Assembly (NCBI GenBank): GCA_035534955.1
Contig: DATLQV010000032.1
Span: forward strand, 1,988-65,987
Length of the DNA stretch: 64,000 nt
Direction: 5' to 3'
Origin: Gaiellaceae bacterium
GTDB taxonomy: Bacteria > Actinomycetota > Thermoleophilia > Gaiellales > Gaiellaceae
The stretch's first letter is position 1. Every line of letters begins with the position of its first letter. A model generated the notes under the pieces. The model was not told the origin of the DNA. It searched no databases and saw nothing but the letters and a program-made list of their open reading frames with translations. Below are positions 9,016-16,808 of this stretch, one piece after another. The position numbers were made by a program, and so were the translations under genes.

Positions 9016-9968
9016 CACGCGGCCCGAAGGAGCATGCGGCGTGCGAGCGGGAGCGGGCCGAGCTCGACTGGCTCGCCGTCGACCGGGAGGTACAGCGCAG
9101 CGATGCTTGGGTGCAGCGCCACGTGCGCTGCGGCGTCCTCGGGCGTAGAGATTGCGAGCGCGGTCGCGTGCGCCTCGGCATCGGTCGCGGTCGGCGCGAC
9201 GACGGTGACCGCGAGCGGGCCGGGTTGCGCTGGCGCGCCGGTAGCCGGATCGATCAGATGGTGAAGGGACGCGTCGGGGCCGAAGCGGCGCACGTCGCGG
9301 CCCGAGGTGGCGACTCCGCCGCTCCGCAGGGCGAGGATGCCCGCAGTCGTTCCGGGGTGGCGGGCGTCTGCGATGGCGATTCGCCACGGCCCGCGCTCGG
9401 GCGTCTCTCCGGCGAGGGCGATGTCTCCGCCGAGATCGACGAGCCCGCCGGGCAGTCCGGGCCAAGCGTCCGCCATCGCCTCGAGCGCGCGCGTCGCCGC
9501 GTAGCCCTTGCCGATGCCGCCGAGATCGACCGCAGCCCCGGACTCGATTCGCACGCGGCCGGCCCCCGCGTCGACGTTGATCTCGGCGCCTGCACGCCAG
9601 CCATTGGCGCGTCGAGGAACCCGCACCGCGAGCTGTTCGAACGAGCGGTCGTAACCGGCGGCGATGAGCGCGGGTAGGACGGTCGGGTCGAAGCGGCCCC
9701 CGGTCGTCTCCCGCGCTCGGACGGCCAGGCGCAGCACCTCTACGAGGCGGCGATCGACCGGCAACCATTCTCCGCCGGCGGCGTTCAAGCGGGAGAGGTC
9801 GCTGGTTACGTCGAAGCGAGAGAGTGCCGACTCGCAGGCGGCGACTTCGGCCCGCGCCGCCGCCAGCGCACGCTTTGCCCGCCCGGAATCGCCCGGAGCA
9901 GAGGTGACCGCGGCGGCGCAAGTGGTGCCGACCGCATGGAACTCGACGCGTTCGAGCCGGCGGATCAC
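9015..9968 (-). CDS. apbE: FAD:protein FMN transferase (ApbE family), no signal peptide or lipobox (ApbE-a)
   Basis: 'SRFDVTSDLSRLN', 'GGRFDPTV', 'LGGIGKGYA', 'VDLGGDI', 'VATSG...HHLIDPATG'. GTG start at 9968 overlaps the upstream stop (GTGA). Confidence 0.9.
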   Translation of the reverse strand: MIRRLERVEFHAVGTTCAAAVTSAPGDSGRAKRALAAARAEVAACESALSRFDVTSDLSRLNAAGGEWLPVDRRLVEVLRLAVRARETTGGRFDPTVLPALIAAGYDRSFEQLAVRVPRRANGWRAGAEINVDAGAGRVRIESGAAVDLGGIGKGYAATRALEAMADAWPGLPGGLVDLGGDIALAGETPERGPWRIAIADARHPGTTAGILALRSGGVATSGRDVRRFGPDASLHHLIDPATGAPAQPGPLAVTVVAPTATDAEAHATALAISTPEDAAAHVALHPSIAALYLPVDGEPVELGPLPLARRMLLRAA

Positions 9969-10189
9969 GGCTTCACGACTCCGGACGTGGAAGTCGTCGC
10001 GTGCGTCGCGCCGATTGCGCCGGGCTGGACGACGACGAACTGCTGCTTCCCGTTGGGCCCCTTGACCACGAGCGTCTGCGCGGCGGGCGCCGGCGCTGCC
10101 GTGGAGACGGGCCGGTACGACCAGGCCAGAACGGTCACGATGGCCAGCATCGCCCAGACGGAGAGCACGACTGCCCAGACGCGTTGCAT
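9965..10189 (-). CDS. Small single-pass membrane protein (74 aa, 'sp2a')
   Basis: N-terminal TM 'VWAVVLSVWAMLAIVTVLAW'. Translationally coupled on both sides. Paralogue of 12906..13190. C-terminal 'PGAIGATHATT'. Confidence 0.6.
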   Translation of the reverse strand: MQRVWAVVLSVWAMLAIVTVLAWSYRPVSTAAPAPAAQTLVVKGPNGKQQFVVVQPGAIGATHATTSTSGVVKP

Positions 10190-10365
10190 CAGTCCCCCCC
10201 CTCCCAGGTCTGCGTGGGCGCCGGCGGCTGCTGCGCTTGCACAACTGCTGCAGGCGCCGGCTGCGCGACAGCCGCCGTGTGGCTTATGCCGAGGATCGCC
10301 GCGCCGCCCGTGAGGACAGTGGCGGCAAGCACGCCTGCGAGTGTGAGAGCGGTTCGCTTGTTCAT
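10189..10365 (-). CDS. Small signal-anchor or secreted peptide (58 aa, 'sp1a'); below the ORF-track size cut-off
   Basis: Hand translation: MNKRTALTLAGVLAATVLTGGAAILGISHTAAVAQPAPAAVVQAQQPPAPTQTWEGGD. GGAG RBS 6 nt upstream, and the TGA overlaps the next ATG. Same position as 12578..12913 in the paralogous operon. Confidence 0.5.
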   Translation of the reverse strand: MNKRTALTLAGVLAATVLTGGAAILGISHTAAVAQPAPAAVVQAQQPPAPTQTWEGGD

Positions 10366-10432
10366 CGTGGCTCCTTCACTTGGGGAACGCTCTCGTTTTA
10401 TGGCGACGCCGGCAAATGCGGGGCGAAGGTAT

Positions 10433-10452
10433 GGCGAGGGTTCGGTAAAGAC
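10433..10452 (-). promoter_or_regulatory. 20-nt box GTCTTTACCGAACCCTCGCC (minus strand), shared with 12491..12510; candidate response-regulator operator or internal promoter
   Basis: 18/20 identical to the box upstream of the paralogous operon. The first base is 87 nt from the first start codon in both cases. Confidence 0.45.
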
Positions 10453-10455
10453 AGA

Positions 10456-11799
10456 TCAGGCTCGCCGGAGGCGGACCACGGCGTCGAGGCCGCCGCCCGG
10501 CGCGTCGGCCAGCTCGACCGAGCCTCCATCCGCCTCGACGAGCCTGCGGACGATGGCGAGACCGAGCCCGGAGCCGCCGGCCCCAGAGCCCGCGCGCCAG
10601 AACCGGTCGAACGCACGCGTGCGCTGCTCGGCTGTGAGACCAGGCCCTTGGTCGCCGACGTGGATCTCGACCGCGTCCGCTTCCGACCGAACCGCGATGG
10701 TGACGGCGCTCCCCGCCGGCGCGACGGCGAGCGCGTTCGCGACGAGGTTGTCCAGAACCTGCACGAGGTGGTCCCGCGCCGCGCGCACCATCACGTCCCC
10801 TGCGGTCCGCGCGAGGATGCGAACGCCGCGTTCCTCGGCGAACGGCGCCCAGTGAGCGACGCGCTCGCGCACGACGGCGCTGGCATCGAGCGTTGCGATC
10901 GGGGCCGTGCCCGCGTCGGCGCGCGCAAGCGCGAGCAGCCCCTCGACAAGATCAGAGAGCCGCTCCGCCTCGCGCAGCCCCGCCTCGACGTCACCGTTCT
11001 CGAGCCGGAGCCGGAGGGCCGTGAGCGGGGTCCGGAGCTCGTGAGACGCATCGGCAACAAAGTCTTCCTGCGAACGGACGAGTTGGCCGAGCTTCGTGAC
11101 CGTCTCGTTGAAGACGGCCGCGAGAGACCGCACCTCGGGCGGGCCGGCATGCTCGGATGCGCGTGCGCCGAGATCGCCCTCGCCTACCGTTGCCGCCGTC
11201 CGTTCGAGGTCGCGCAGCGGACGGGTAACAAAGCGCGCGGTGAGCAGACCGAGAGCAACCGCGGCAGCGAGGACGACCAGGCCAACGGCACCGAGGATGA
11301 GCCAGTAGTGCATGATCCGGGAGTCGACGGCCGACGTCGGATACGTCACGCGCACGGCGCCATGCACGACTCCTCCGGATGCGATCGGCACTGCGACGTA
11401 CAGCAGCGTGGTGTGCAGCGTCGCCGATCGCCGCGTACCGGATGCGACATTCCCACGCAGCGCTGATCGGATCTCGGGGCGCGTGGCGAAGCTCTCGCGC
11501 CCCGTATGGCTTGCGCTCGTGTCGACGACTGCGTCGCCCTGCTTGTCGACGATCACCACCCTTGCGCCGCTGCTACCGGTGTACGCGTACGCCTTCTGCG
11601 CGATACCGCGTAGCTGCGGCTCGGAGAGCGTCTGCACGGCGTCCTCCGAGAACGACGCGAGCGTGGTCGCGTCGTGCTCGAGCCGAACGGTCAAGTCGTG
11701 CCGCTCGTTGCGCTGGTTCTGAATGCCGAGCGGAACCTCGAGCGCGAGGAGCACGAACAGCGTGATGCCCAGATACCCGAGGAGAAGGCGGCGGATCAC
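10456..11799 (-). CDS. Sensor histidine kinase (2 TM, ~150-aa extracytoplasmic domain, HAMP, HisKA, HATPase_c)
   Basis: H-box 'ASHELRTPLTAL', N/G boxes 'VLDNLVANAL', 'DQGPGL', 'GSGLGLAIV'. GTG start at 11799 overlaps the RR stop (GTGA). Confidence 0.9.
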   Translation of the reverse strand: MIRRLLLGYLGITLFVLLALEVPLGIQNQRNERHDLTVRLEHDATTLASFSEDAVQTLSEPQLRGIAQKAYAYTGSSGARVVIVDKQGDAVVDTSASHTGRESFATRPEIRSALRGNVASGTRRSATLHTTLLYVAVPIASGGVVHGAVRVTYPTSAVDSRIMHYWLILGAVGLVVLAAAVALGLLTARFVTRPLRDLERTAATVGEGDLGARASEHAGPPEVRSLAAVFNETVTKLGQLVRSQEDFVADASHELRTPLTALRLRLENGDVEAGLREAERLSDLVEGLLALARADAGTAPIATLDASAVVRERVAHWAPFAEERGVRILARTAGDVMVRAARDHLVQVLDNLVANALAVAPAGSAVTIAVRSEADAVEIHVGDQGPGLTAEQRTRAFDRFWRAGSGAGGSGLGLAIVRRLVEADGGSVELADAPGGGLDAVVRLRRA

Positions 11800-12452
11800 G
11801 CGTCGCGCAGGCGGAAACCGACGCCGCGCACGCTCTCGATCCAGCCGGGATCTCCCAGCTTGCGACGCAGGGCGGCGACGTGGACGTCGATCATCTTCGC
11901 CGATCCGTACCACGTCGTCTCCCAAACCTCCTCGAGCAGCCGCCGCCGGCTAACCGCAGCGCCCGGATCTCGTGCGAGCGCGGCGAGCAGCTCGAACTCC
12001 TTCGGAGTCAGCTTGAGATCGCGCCCGTCGAGCTCGGCGCGGCGGGATCGCTCGTCGACCTCGAGCGTTCCGACCCGCAGCGGCTCGTGCGCATGTGGAC
12101 GGTCTTGCGTTCGCCGTGTAACGGCCCGGATACGAGCGATCAGCTCGCGGAGGCCAAAAGGCTTGACCACATAGTCGTCGGCTCCAAGCTCGAGGCCGAC
12201 GACGCGGTCGCTCTCCTCGCCGCGTGCGGTCACGACGATGATCGGTACCGCCGAGGTCGAGCGAAGCTGGCGGCAGACGTCGAGCCCGTCCCCGTCGGGC
12301 AGGCGCAGGTCAAGAAGGACGACGTCCGTTGGCCCGGCGGCGAGCGCGCCTGCGGCGGTGCCGACCCGCTCAACGTCGAATCCCTCGCGCCGCAACCCTT
12401 CGGTCAGCGGCTCGGCGATCGCATCTTCGTCCTCGACGAGCAGGATCTTCAC
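11796..12452 (-). CDS. OmpR/PhoB-family response regulator
   Basis: 'MKILLVEDEDAI', 'VVLLDLRLPDGDG', winged-helix C-terminus 'LTPKEFELLAALA...RGVGFRL'. Confidence 0.95.
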   Translation of the reverse strand: MKILLVEDEDAIAEPLTEGLRREGFDVERVGTAAGALAAGPTDVVLLDLRLPDGDGLDVCRQLRSTSAVPIIVVTARGEESDRVVGLELGADDYVVKPFGLRELIARIRAVTRRTQDRPHAHEPLRVGTLEVDERSRRAELDGRDLKLTPKEFELLAALARDPGAAVSRRRLLEEVWETTWYGSAKMIDVHVAALRRKLGDPGWIESVRGVGFRLRDA

Positions 12453-12490
12453 GGCCTCAGTGTCGGATCGCCGGCGAGTCTGCGCATCCG

Positions 12491-12528
12491 GTCTTTACCG
12501 AATCCTTGCCGAGGAGTGCCCGAATCCT
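12491..12528 (+). promoter_or_regulatory. Box GTCTTTACCGAATCCTTGCC plus a second CCGAATCCT direct repeat 22 nt downstream, in the divergent RR/operon intergenic region
   Basis: CCGAATCCT occurs at 12498..12506 and 12520..12528, about two helical turns apart. The first copy is embedded in the 20-nt box shared with 10433..10452. Confidence 0.45.
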
Positions 12529-12577
12529 GGTTAGACGCGTGCCCGGCGCTAACTGCGTGCTCCCTACCGTCGGGGTC

Positions 12578-12913
12578 ATGTCCAGATCACACATCGCTCT
12601 TATCTCGGGACTGCTCGCGCTCGCCGCAGTTGTCGGCACCGTTGCGGCGACGCGGACCGTCTCCCTCAGCTCCACGAGCCGGCAATCCGTGGACGCGATC
12701 GTGGCCGCGCGTACGAAGCAGCTCGACCGCCTGCAGGCCGCCCTGCAGCGCGCGCTCGCCAAGCGCCCGCCCGCCCGCGTCGCGGCCGCAGCCGCACCGA
12801 CCCCACGGGTCGTCTACCGCCGGCCGCCCTCGATCCTCGTCGTCAAGCACGTGCATCACGGCGACGACGGTGCATTCGAGAACGCCGACGGCGGAGGCGG
12901 CGGGGATGGCTAA
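12578..12913 (+). CDS. Small signal-anchor protein (111 aa, 'sp1b') with acidic Gly-rich C-terminus
   Basis: TM 'IALISGLLALAAVVGTVAA'. C-terminus 'HVHHGDDGAFENADGGGGGDG'. Overlaps the next gene by 8 nt. Confidence 0.55.
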   Translation: MSRSHIALISGLLALAAVVGTVAATRTVSLSSTSRQSVDAIVAARTKQLDRLQAALQRALAKRPPARVAAAAAPTPRVVYRRPPSILVVKHVHHGDDGAFENADGGGGGDG

Positions 12914-13190
12914 CCACACCGTCCGCCTGTACGCGCTCGCGCTTGGCCTCGTCGTGTTCTTCCTGGCGTGGGCCGTGGTTGCAGCCAGGCCGTGGACGAC
13001 AAGGGCGGCCGACCCGCGTCTGCGCGCGCTCGCCGTACGCGCGGCGCTGCTTCGCAAGGAAGCGAAGCTCGTGAATCAGATCGTCGCCGCACGGCAGCGC
13101 GCAGCCTCCGCAGCCACTGCCCCCGCCGCAGCGTCGAGCGCCGTCAGAGTCGTCACGCTCCCGCCACTGACGATCACGAGGACGTCGTGA
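12906..13190 (+). CDS. Small single-pass membrane protein (94 aa, 'sp2b')
   Basis: TM 'LYALALGLVVFFLAWAVVAARPW' resembles sp2a 'VLAWSYRP'. Its stop overlaps the ApbE GTG (GTGA). Confidence 0.55.
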   Translation: MANHTVRLYALALGLVVFFLAWAVVAARPWTTRAADPRLRALAVRAALLRKEAKLVNQIVAARQRAASAATAPAAASSAVRVVTLPPLTITRTS

Positions 13191-14023
13191 TCGAGCGGCG
13201 CGGCTTTCGCGCGATGGGCACCGACATCGAGCTCATCGTCGAGGCCGGCGACGCCGGGCCTCAGCTAACGGCCGCCGAGCAGGAGTTCGACCGGCTCGAG
13301 GCGCTCTTATCGCGCTTCCGGGACGACTCGGAGCTCTCACGCCTCAACCGCGACGGCTCGATCGACGCGGGGCCGGATCTGCAACGGCTCGTCGCGCTCG
13401 CGCTCGAGGCGCGCGAGCGTACCGGCGGCCGATTCGATCCCACCGTCCACGACGCCCTCGTCGGAGCCGGCTACGACCGCTCCTTCGAAGACGTCCCCGG
13501 CGACTCGGCGGAGCCGCCGCGGGCCGCGCGCTGCGGCGGCGACGTCCGCATCGACGGAGGCCGCATCGTGCTCGGCGACGGCGTCCACCTCGATCTCGGA
13601 GGCATCGGCAAGGGCTACGCGGCCGAACGCGCGGCCGAGCTGCTCGGAATCGCAGGGCCGTGTCTCGTCAACGCGGGCGGCGACATCGCAACGCGAGGCG
13701 GTGCATGGCCGGTCGGCGTCGAGACCGCCGACGGGACGATGACGCTCGAACTGCACGCCGGCGGGCTCGCCACGTCCGGACGCGACCGCCGCCGGTGGCG
13801 CAAGAACGGCCGGGAGCAGCACCACATCATCGATCCCTCCACTGGCGAGCCCGCCGAGACCGATCTGCTTCGTGTCACCGTCATCGCCCGAGACGCCGTC
13901 GAGGCCGAGGTCGAGGCGAAGGTCATCTTCCTCTCCGGGTCGCGCGCCGCTGCACATACGGAGCTCTCGACGATCCTCGTCACCGACGACGGACGCACGC
14001 TGCTCACGGGAGCGCTCGCATGA
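13187..14023 (+). CDS. apbE: FAD:protein FMN transferase (ApbE family), no signal peptide (ApbE-b)
   Basis: 'FRAMGTDIELIV', 'SRFRDDSELSRLN', 'GGRFDPTV', 'LGGIGKGYA', 'NAGGDI', 'LATSG...HHIIDPSTG'. Confidence 0.9.
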   Translation: MIERRGFRAMGTDIELIVEAGDAGPQLTAAEQEFDRLEALLSRFRDDSELSRLNRDGSIDAGPDLQRLVALALEARERTGGRFDPTVHDALVGAGYDRSFEDVPGDSAEPPRAARCGGDVRIDGGRIVLGDGVHLDLGGIGKGYAAERAAELLGIAGPCLVNAGGDIATRGGAWPVGVETADGTMTLELHAGGLATSGRDRRRWRKNGREQHHIIDPSTGEPAETDLLRVTVIARDAVEAEVEAKVIFLSGSRAAAHTELSTILVTDDGRTLLTGALA

Positions 14024-14577
14024 CCCACGACCCAACCTTCTGGCTTCTCGCGCGCGCGAGCGGTCTCACGGCCTATGTGCTCATCACCGCCTCCGTGCTC
14101 GCCGGGCTCGTGGTCAAGTCGCGCCCCTTCGGCCGCGCGGTCAAGGCGGCGGACTCCGTCGATGCCCATCGAACCCTCGCACTGCTCGGTCTCGGGATGC
14201 TCGCCTTGCACGGCGTCGCGCTCACACTCGACAGCACACTGCATATGCCGACTGCGGGGCTTGCCGTGCCGGGGCTGTCGCCCTATCGGCCGGCGTCGGT
14301 CGCCCTCGGCGTCGTCGCGTGCGAGCTCGCCGCACTGCTCGTCGTCTCCTTCCCACTGCGCCGCCGGATCGGGATGCGCGCTTGGCGCAGGATCCATTGG
14401 GCCTCCTACCTCATCTTCGCCATGGCTACCGCTCACGGCATCGCCGCCGGCACCGACTCGACACAGCCGTGGGCACGCGGCCTCTACCTCGGAGCGGTGG
14501 GCGCCGTCGCGTTCGCAACCGCATGGCGTGCGCTCATCCGCCCCACCCACACCCCGGCCCCCGAAAGGAGCACGTGA
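14020..14577 (+). CDS. Ferric-reductase-like transmembrane domain protein, stand-alone 185 aa (FRD-b)
   Basis: 'HRTLALLGLGMLALH' (H-x13-H), 'HWASYLIFAMATAH' (H-x12-H), 6 TMs. ATGA overlap with ApbE-b. Confidence 0.85.
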   Translation: MTHDPTFWLLARASGLTAYVLITASVLAGLVVKSRPFGRAVKAADSVDAHRTLALLGLGMLALHGVALTLDSTLHMPTAGLAVPGLSPYRPASVALGVVACELAALLVVSFPLRRRIGMRAWRRIHWASYLIFAMATAHGIAAGTDSTQPWARGLYLGAVGAVAFATAWRALIRPTHTPAPERST

Positions 14578-14774
14578 TGTACAAGATCGTGATCGACCGT
14601 TCGCTCTGCAGCGGCTTCGGCTCCTGCGCTGAGCTCGCTCCAGAGATCTTCGAAGTCGACGCGGGCGGTCTCGCCTCCCTGCGCGTCGGCACCACCGGCG
14701 ATCCGGCCGTCCTCGAGGCGGCGAGCGCCTGCCCGATGGCGGCCATCACCGTCGTCGAGGAGGAGGCAGCATGA
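14577..14774 (+). CDS. Small ferredoxin (actinobacterial 3Fe-4S/4Fe-4S type, 65 aa)
   Basis: 'IVIDRSLCSGFGSCAELAPEIFEVD...ACPMAAI' is the classic Cys pattern. AAAGGAG RBS. The start shares its A with the FRD-b stop. Confidence 0.85.
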   Translation: MYKIVIDRSLCSGFGSCAELAPEIFEVDAGGLASLRVGTTGDPAVLEAASACPMAAITVVEEEAA

Positions 14775-15865
14775 CTCCGCGCACGGTCGTGATCGTGGGC
14801 GCCGGCCTCGCCGGCGCCCGTGCGGCCGAGGCGTTGCGCGCCGAGGGTTTCGACGGGCGCGTGGTGCTCGTTGGCGAGGAGCCGTTCGGCCCGTACGAGC
14901 GTCCCGCCCTCTCGAAGGAATTCCTCGCCGGCACGCGTGATGAGACCTCGTTGCAACTGCGCAAGCCCGGCTTCTGGAACGAGCGCGAGATCGAGCTCGT
15001 GCTCGGCACCCGCGTCGACTCCGTCGATCCGGTGTCGCGCGTAGCCAGGACGAGCCGTGGGTGGGAGCTCCCTTTCGACGCGATCGTCCTTGCCACGGGC
15101 GCTCGCCCCCGGCGTCTTCCGCTCGATCTTCCGGCGGGCGTGCATGAGCTGCGCACACTCACGGATGCACAAGCGCTCCGGGACGAGCTCGTGCCGGGAC
15201 GCCACCTGGTGGTCATCGGCGGAGGCTTCGTCGGTGCGGAGGTCGCCTCAACGGCGTCCTCCCTCGGCATGCATGTGGCTATCGTCGAAGCTGCGCCGGC
15301 GCCCGTCTCGCGCGTCCTTGGAGAAAAGGTTGGGCTCATGCTCGCAAGCCGCTGGCGCGCGCGAGGCATCGACGTCAGGCTTCGCACCGGCGTCGAGCAC
15401 ATCAGAGCGGACGTCTCCGGACGCGTCGACGCAGTCGCGCTCACCGACGGCACGACCCTCCGAGCCGATGCCGTGCTTGTCGGGGTCGGCGTCGAGCCGC
15501 GGCGCGAGCTCATGCCGAAACGTCCTTCGGCCGACGTCCATCCCGCCGGCGACGTCGTCGGACCCGGGCACTGGAACGCCGCCGCACTCGACGGAACCGC
15601 GGCCGCTCGCCGGATCCTCGGCCTCGAGGTTCCTCCGGCGCAGCCACACTACGTCTGGTCGGACCAGTTCGGCCTCCGCCTGCAGGTGGTAGGAACCCCG
15701 CGACCCGACGACCCGTTCGAGCTGAACGGCGACGACGACTCCTTTGCCGTCCGCTACTTCGATGAGCTCGGGCGCACTCGAGCGGCGCTGCTTGCGAATC
15801 GTCCTGCCGAAGCCGCGGCGATCAGGCGCACGCTGCAGGAGAGCGCGTTACCGTTCGCGGCATGA
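14771..15865 (+). CDS. NAD(P)H-dependent ferredoxin reductase (FAD pyridine nucleotide-disulfide oxidoreductase, putidaredoxin-reductase type)
   Basis: 'VVIVGAGLAGARAAEALR', 'YERPALSK', 'LVVIGGGFVGAEVAS', 'HPAGDV'. Confidence 0.9.
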   Translation: MTPRTVVIVGAGLAGARAAEALRAEGFDGRVVLVGEEPFGPYERPALSKEFLAGTRDETSLQLRKPGFWNEREIELVLGTRVDSVDPVSRVARTSRGWELPFDAIVLATGARPRRLPLDLPAGVHELRTLTDAQALRDELVPGRHLVVIGGGFVGAEVASTASSLGMHVAIVEAAPAPVSRVLGEKVGLMLASRWRARGIDVRLRTGVEHIRADVSGRVDAVALTDGTTLRADAVLVGVGVEPRRELMPKRPSADVHPAGDVVGPGHWNAAALDGTAAARRILGLEVPPAQPHYVWSDQFGLRLQVVGTPRPDDPFELNGDDDSFAVRYFDELGRTRAALLANRPAEAAAIRRTLQESALPFAA

Positions 15866-16077
15866 CACGACGCCTCTCCACAGTCGTCCTCGGGGCGCTT
15901 CTGCTCGCCGCCGCCGCCGGAGCGATCGTCGTGCTAAACGTCCTCCTGCTCGGTCGTGCCTCCGCGACGAACGACCCCGTCGGCCATCTCAGCGCACGAA
16001 CGCACCTGCCGGCGGCTCCAGCATGGACAGTGCGACCCACGCACGGAGAGGTGGAGAACGACGGCACCGACGACTAG
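15862..16077 (+). CDS. Small signal-anchor protein (71 aa, 'sp3') with acidic C-terminus
   Basis: TM 'VVLGALLLAAAAGAIVVLNVLLL'. C-terminus 'WTVRPTHGEVENDGTDD' resembles the sp1a and sp1b tails. ATGA overlap with the reductase gene. Confidence 0.5.
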   Translation: MTRRLSTVVLGALLLAAAAGAIVVLNVLLLGRASATNDPVGHLSARTHLPAAPAWTVRPTHGEVENDGTDD

Positions 16078-16466
16078 CAGGACTGCCACCGCCTCATCGG
16101 CGGTCGCACGCTTGCTCGCGAGCATCTCAGGAGCCCTGGAGTTCTGTATGAGCAAAGCGTCTGGCTGCATCGAGCACCTCCTTGGAGGACAGGTACCCGG
16201 CGACCGAGAGCGGCTGGGCATCGATTGAGCGGAACTCCTGGAGAGCGATGCGTTCGACGACGCTGGGCTGATCAGTCCTTTCGTCGTCGGTGGGGACGAC
16301 AAGAACGAGCTTCGGCGTCCACCGAGCGTCCACGCGCCGGTGAATTCTTCGCCGACGCCTCGCACTGCTGTTGCTGAGGACGTTGGCCCGCCTTCCGGTC
16401 GACGTCGCCGGCAGGCCCGAATGTATGCTATACCTCTATTTAACTGTTTAGTTGATTGGAGGATTG

Positions 16467-16808
16467 ATGGCACTTCCGCACCCTTTGCCGGACGACCTCG
16501 TTGAGCTGATCGCCCGGCGGTTCCGTGTGATCGGCGAGCCGATGCGGGTCCGCTTGCTCGACCGGCTCCGCGATGGCGAGGCGACCGTTTCCGAGCTCGC
16601 GGAGGCGCTCGCCGCCTCGCAGCAGAACATCTCGAAGCACCTCTCTGTCATGGCCGACGTCGGCATCCTGGGCCGTCGGAAGGAAGGCAACCACGTCTAC
16701 TACCGGATCGTGGACGAAGGTGTCTTTGCTCTCTGCGATCAGGTCTGCGGGGCCGTCCAGGAGCAGCTGCGCACGCTGAACGAGCTCGTGGAAAGCGTAG
16801 GACGTTGA
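16467..16808 (+). CDS. ArsR/SmtB-family metalloregulator
   Basis: 'FRVIGEPMRVRLLDRLRDGEATVSELAEALAASQQNISKHLSVMADVGILGRRKEGNHVYY'. GGAGG RBS upstream of the ATG at 16467. Confidence 0.9.
   Translation: MALPHPLPDDLVELIARRFRVIGEPMRVRLLDRLRDGEATVSELAEALAASQQNISKHLSVMADVGILGRRKEGNHVYYRIVDEGVFALCDQVCGAVQEQLRTLNELVESVGR

Noticed and set aside
9015-10244. Long (409-aa) version of ApbE-a that might supply a signal peptide; likewise 12968..14023 for ApbE-b
   Set aside because: The upstream extensions are Arg-rich with no hydrophobic segment, and they overlap the conserved small TM ORFs. GTG starts coupled to the upstream stops are more parsimonious. A frameshift-fused sp2-ApbE remains a formal possibility and is noted in the findings.
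15934-16473. 179-aa minus ORF and nested 68-aa ORF (16127..16333) downstream of the ferredoxin-reductase operon
   Set aside because: There is no recognisable domain. The 179-aa frame overlaps the 3' end of sp3. The 68-aa ORF has noticeably lower GC3 than neighbouring genes and may be a decayed fragment. It is not called as a gene.
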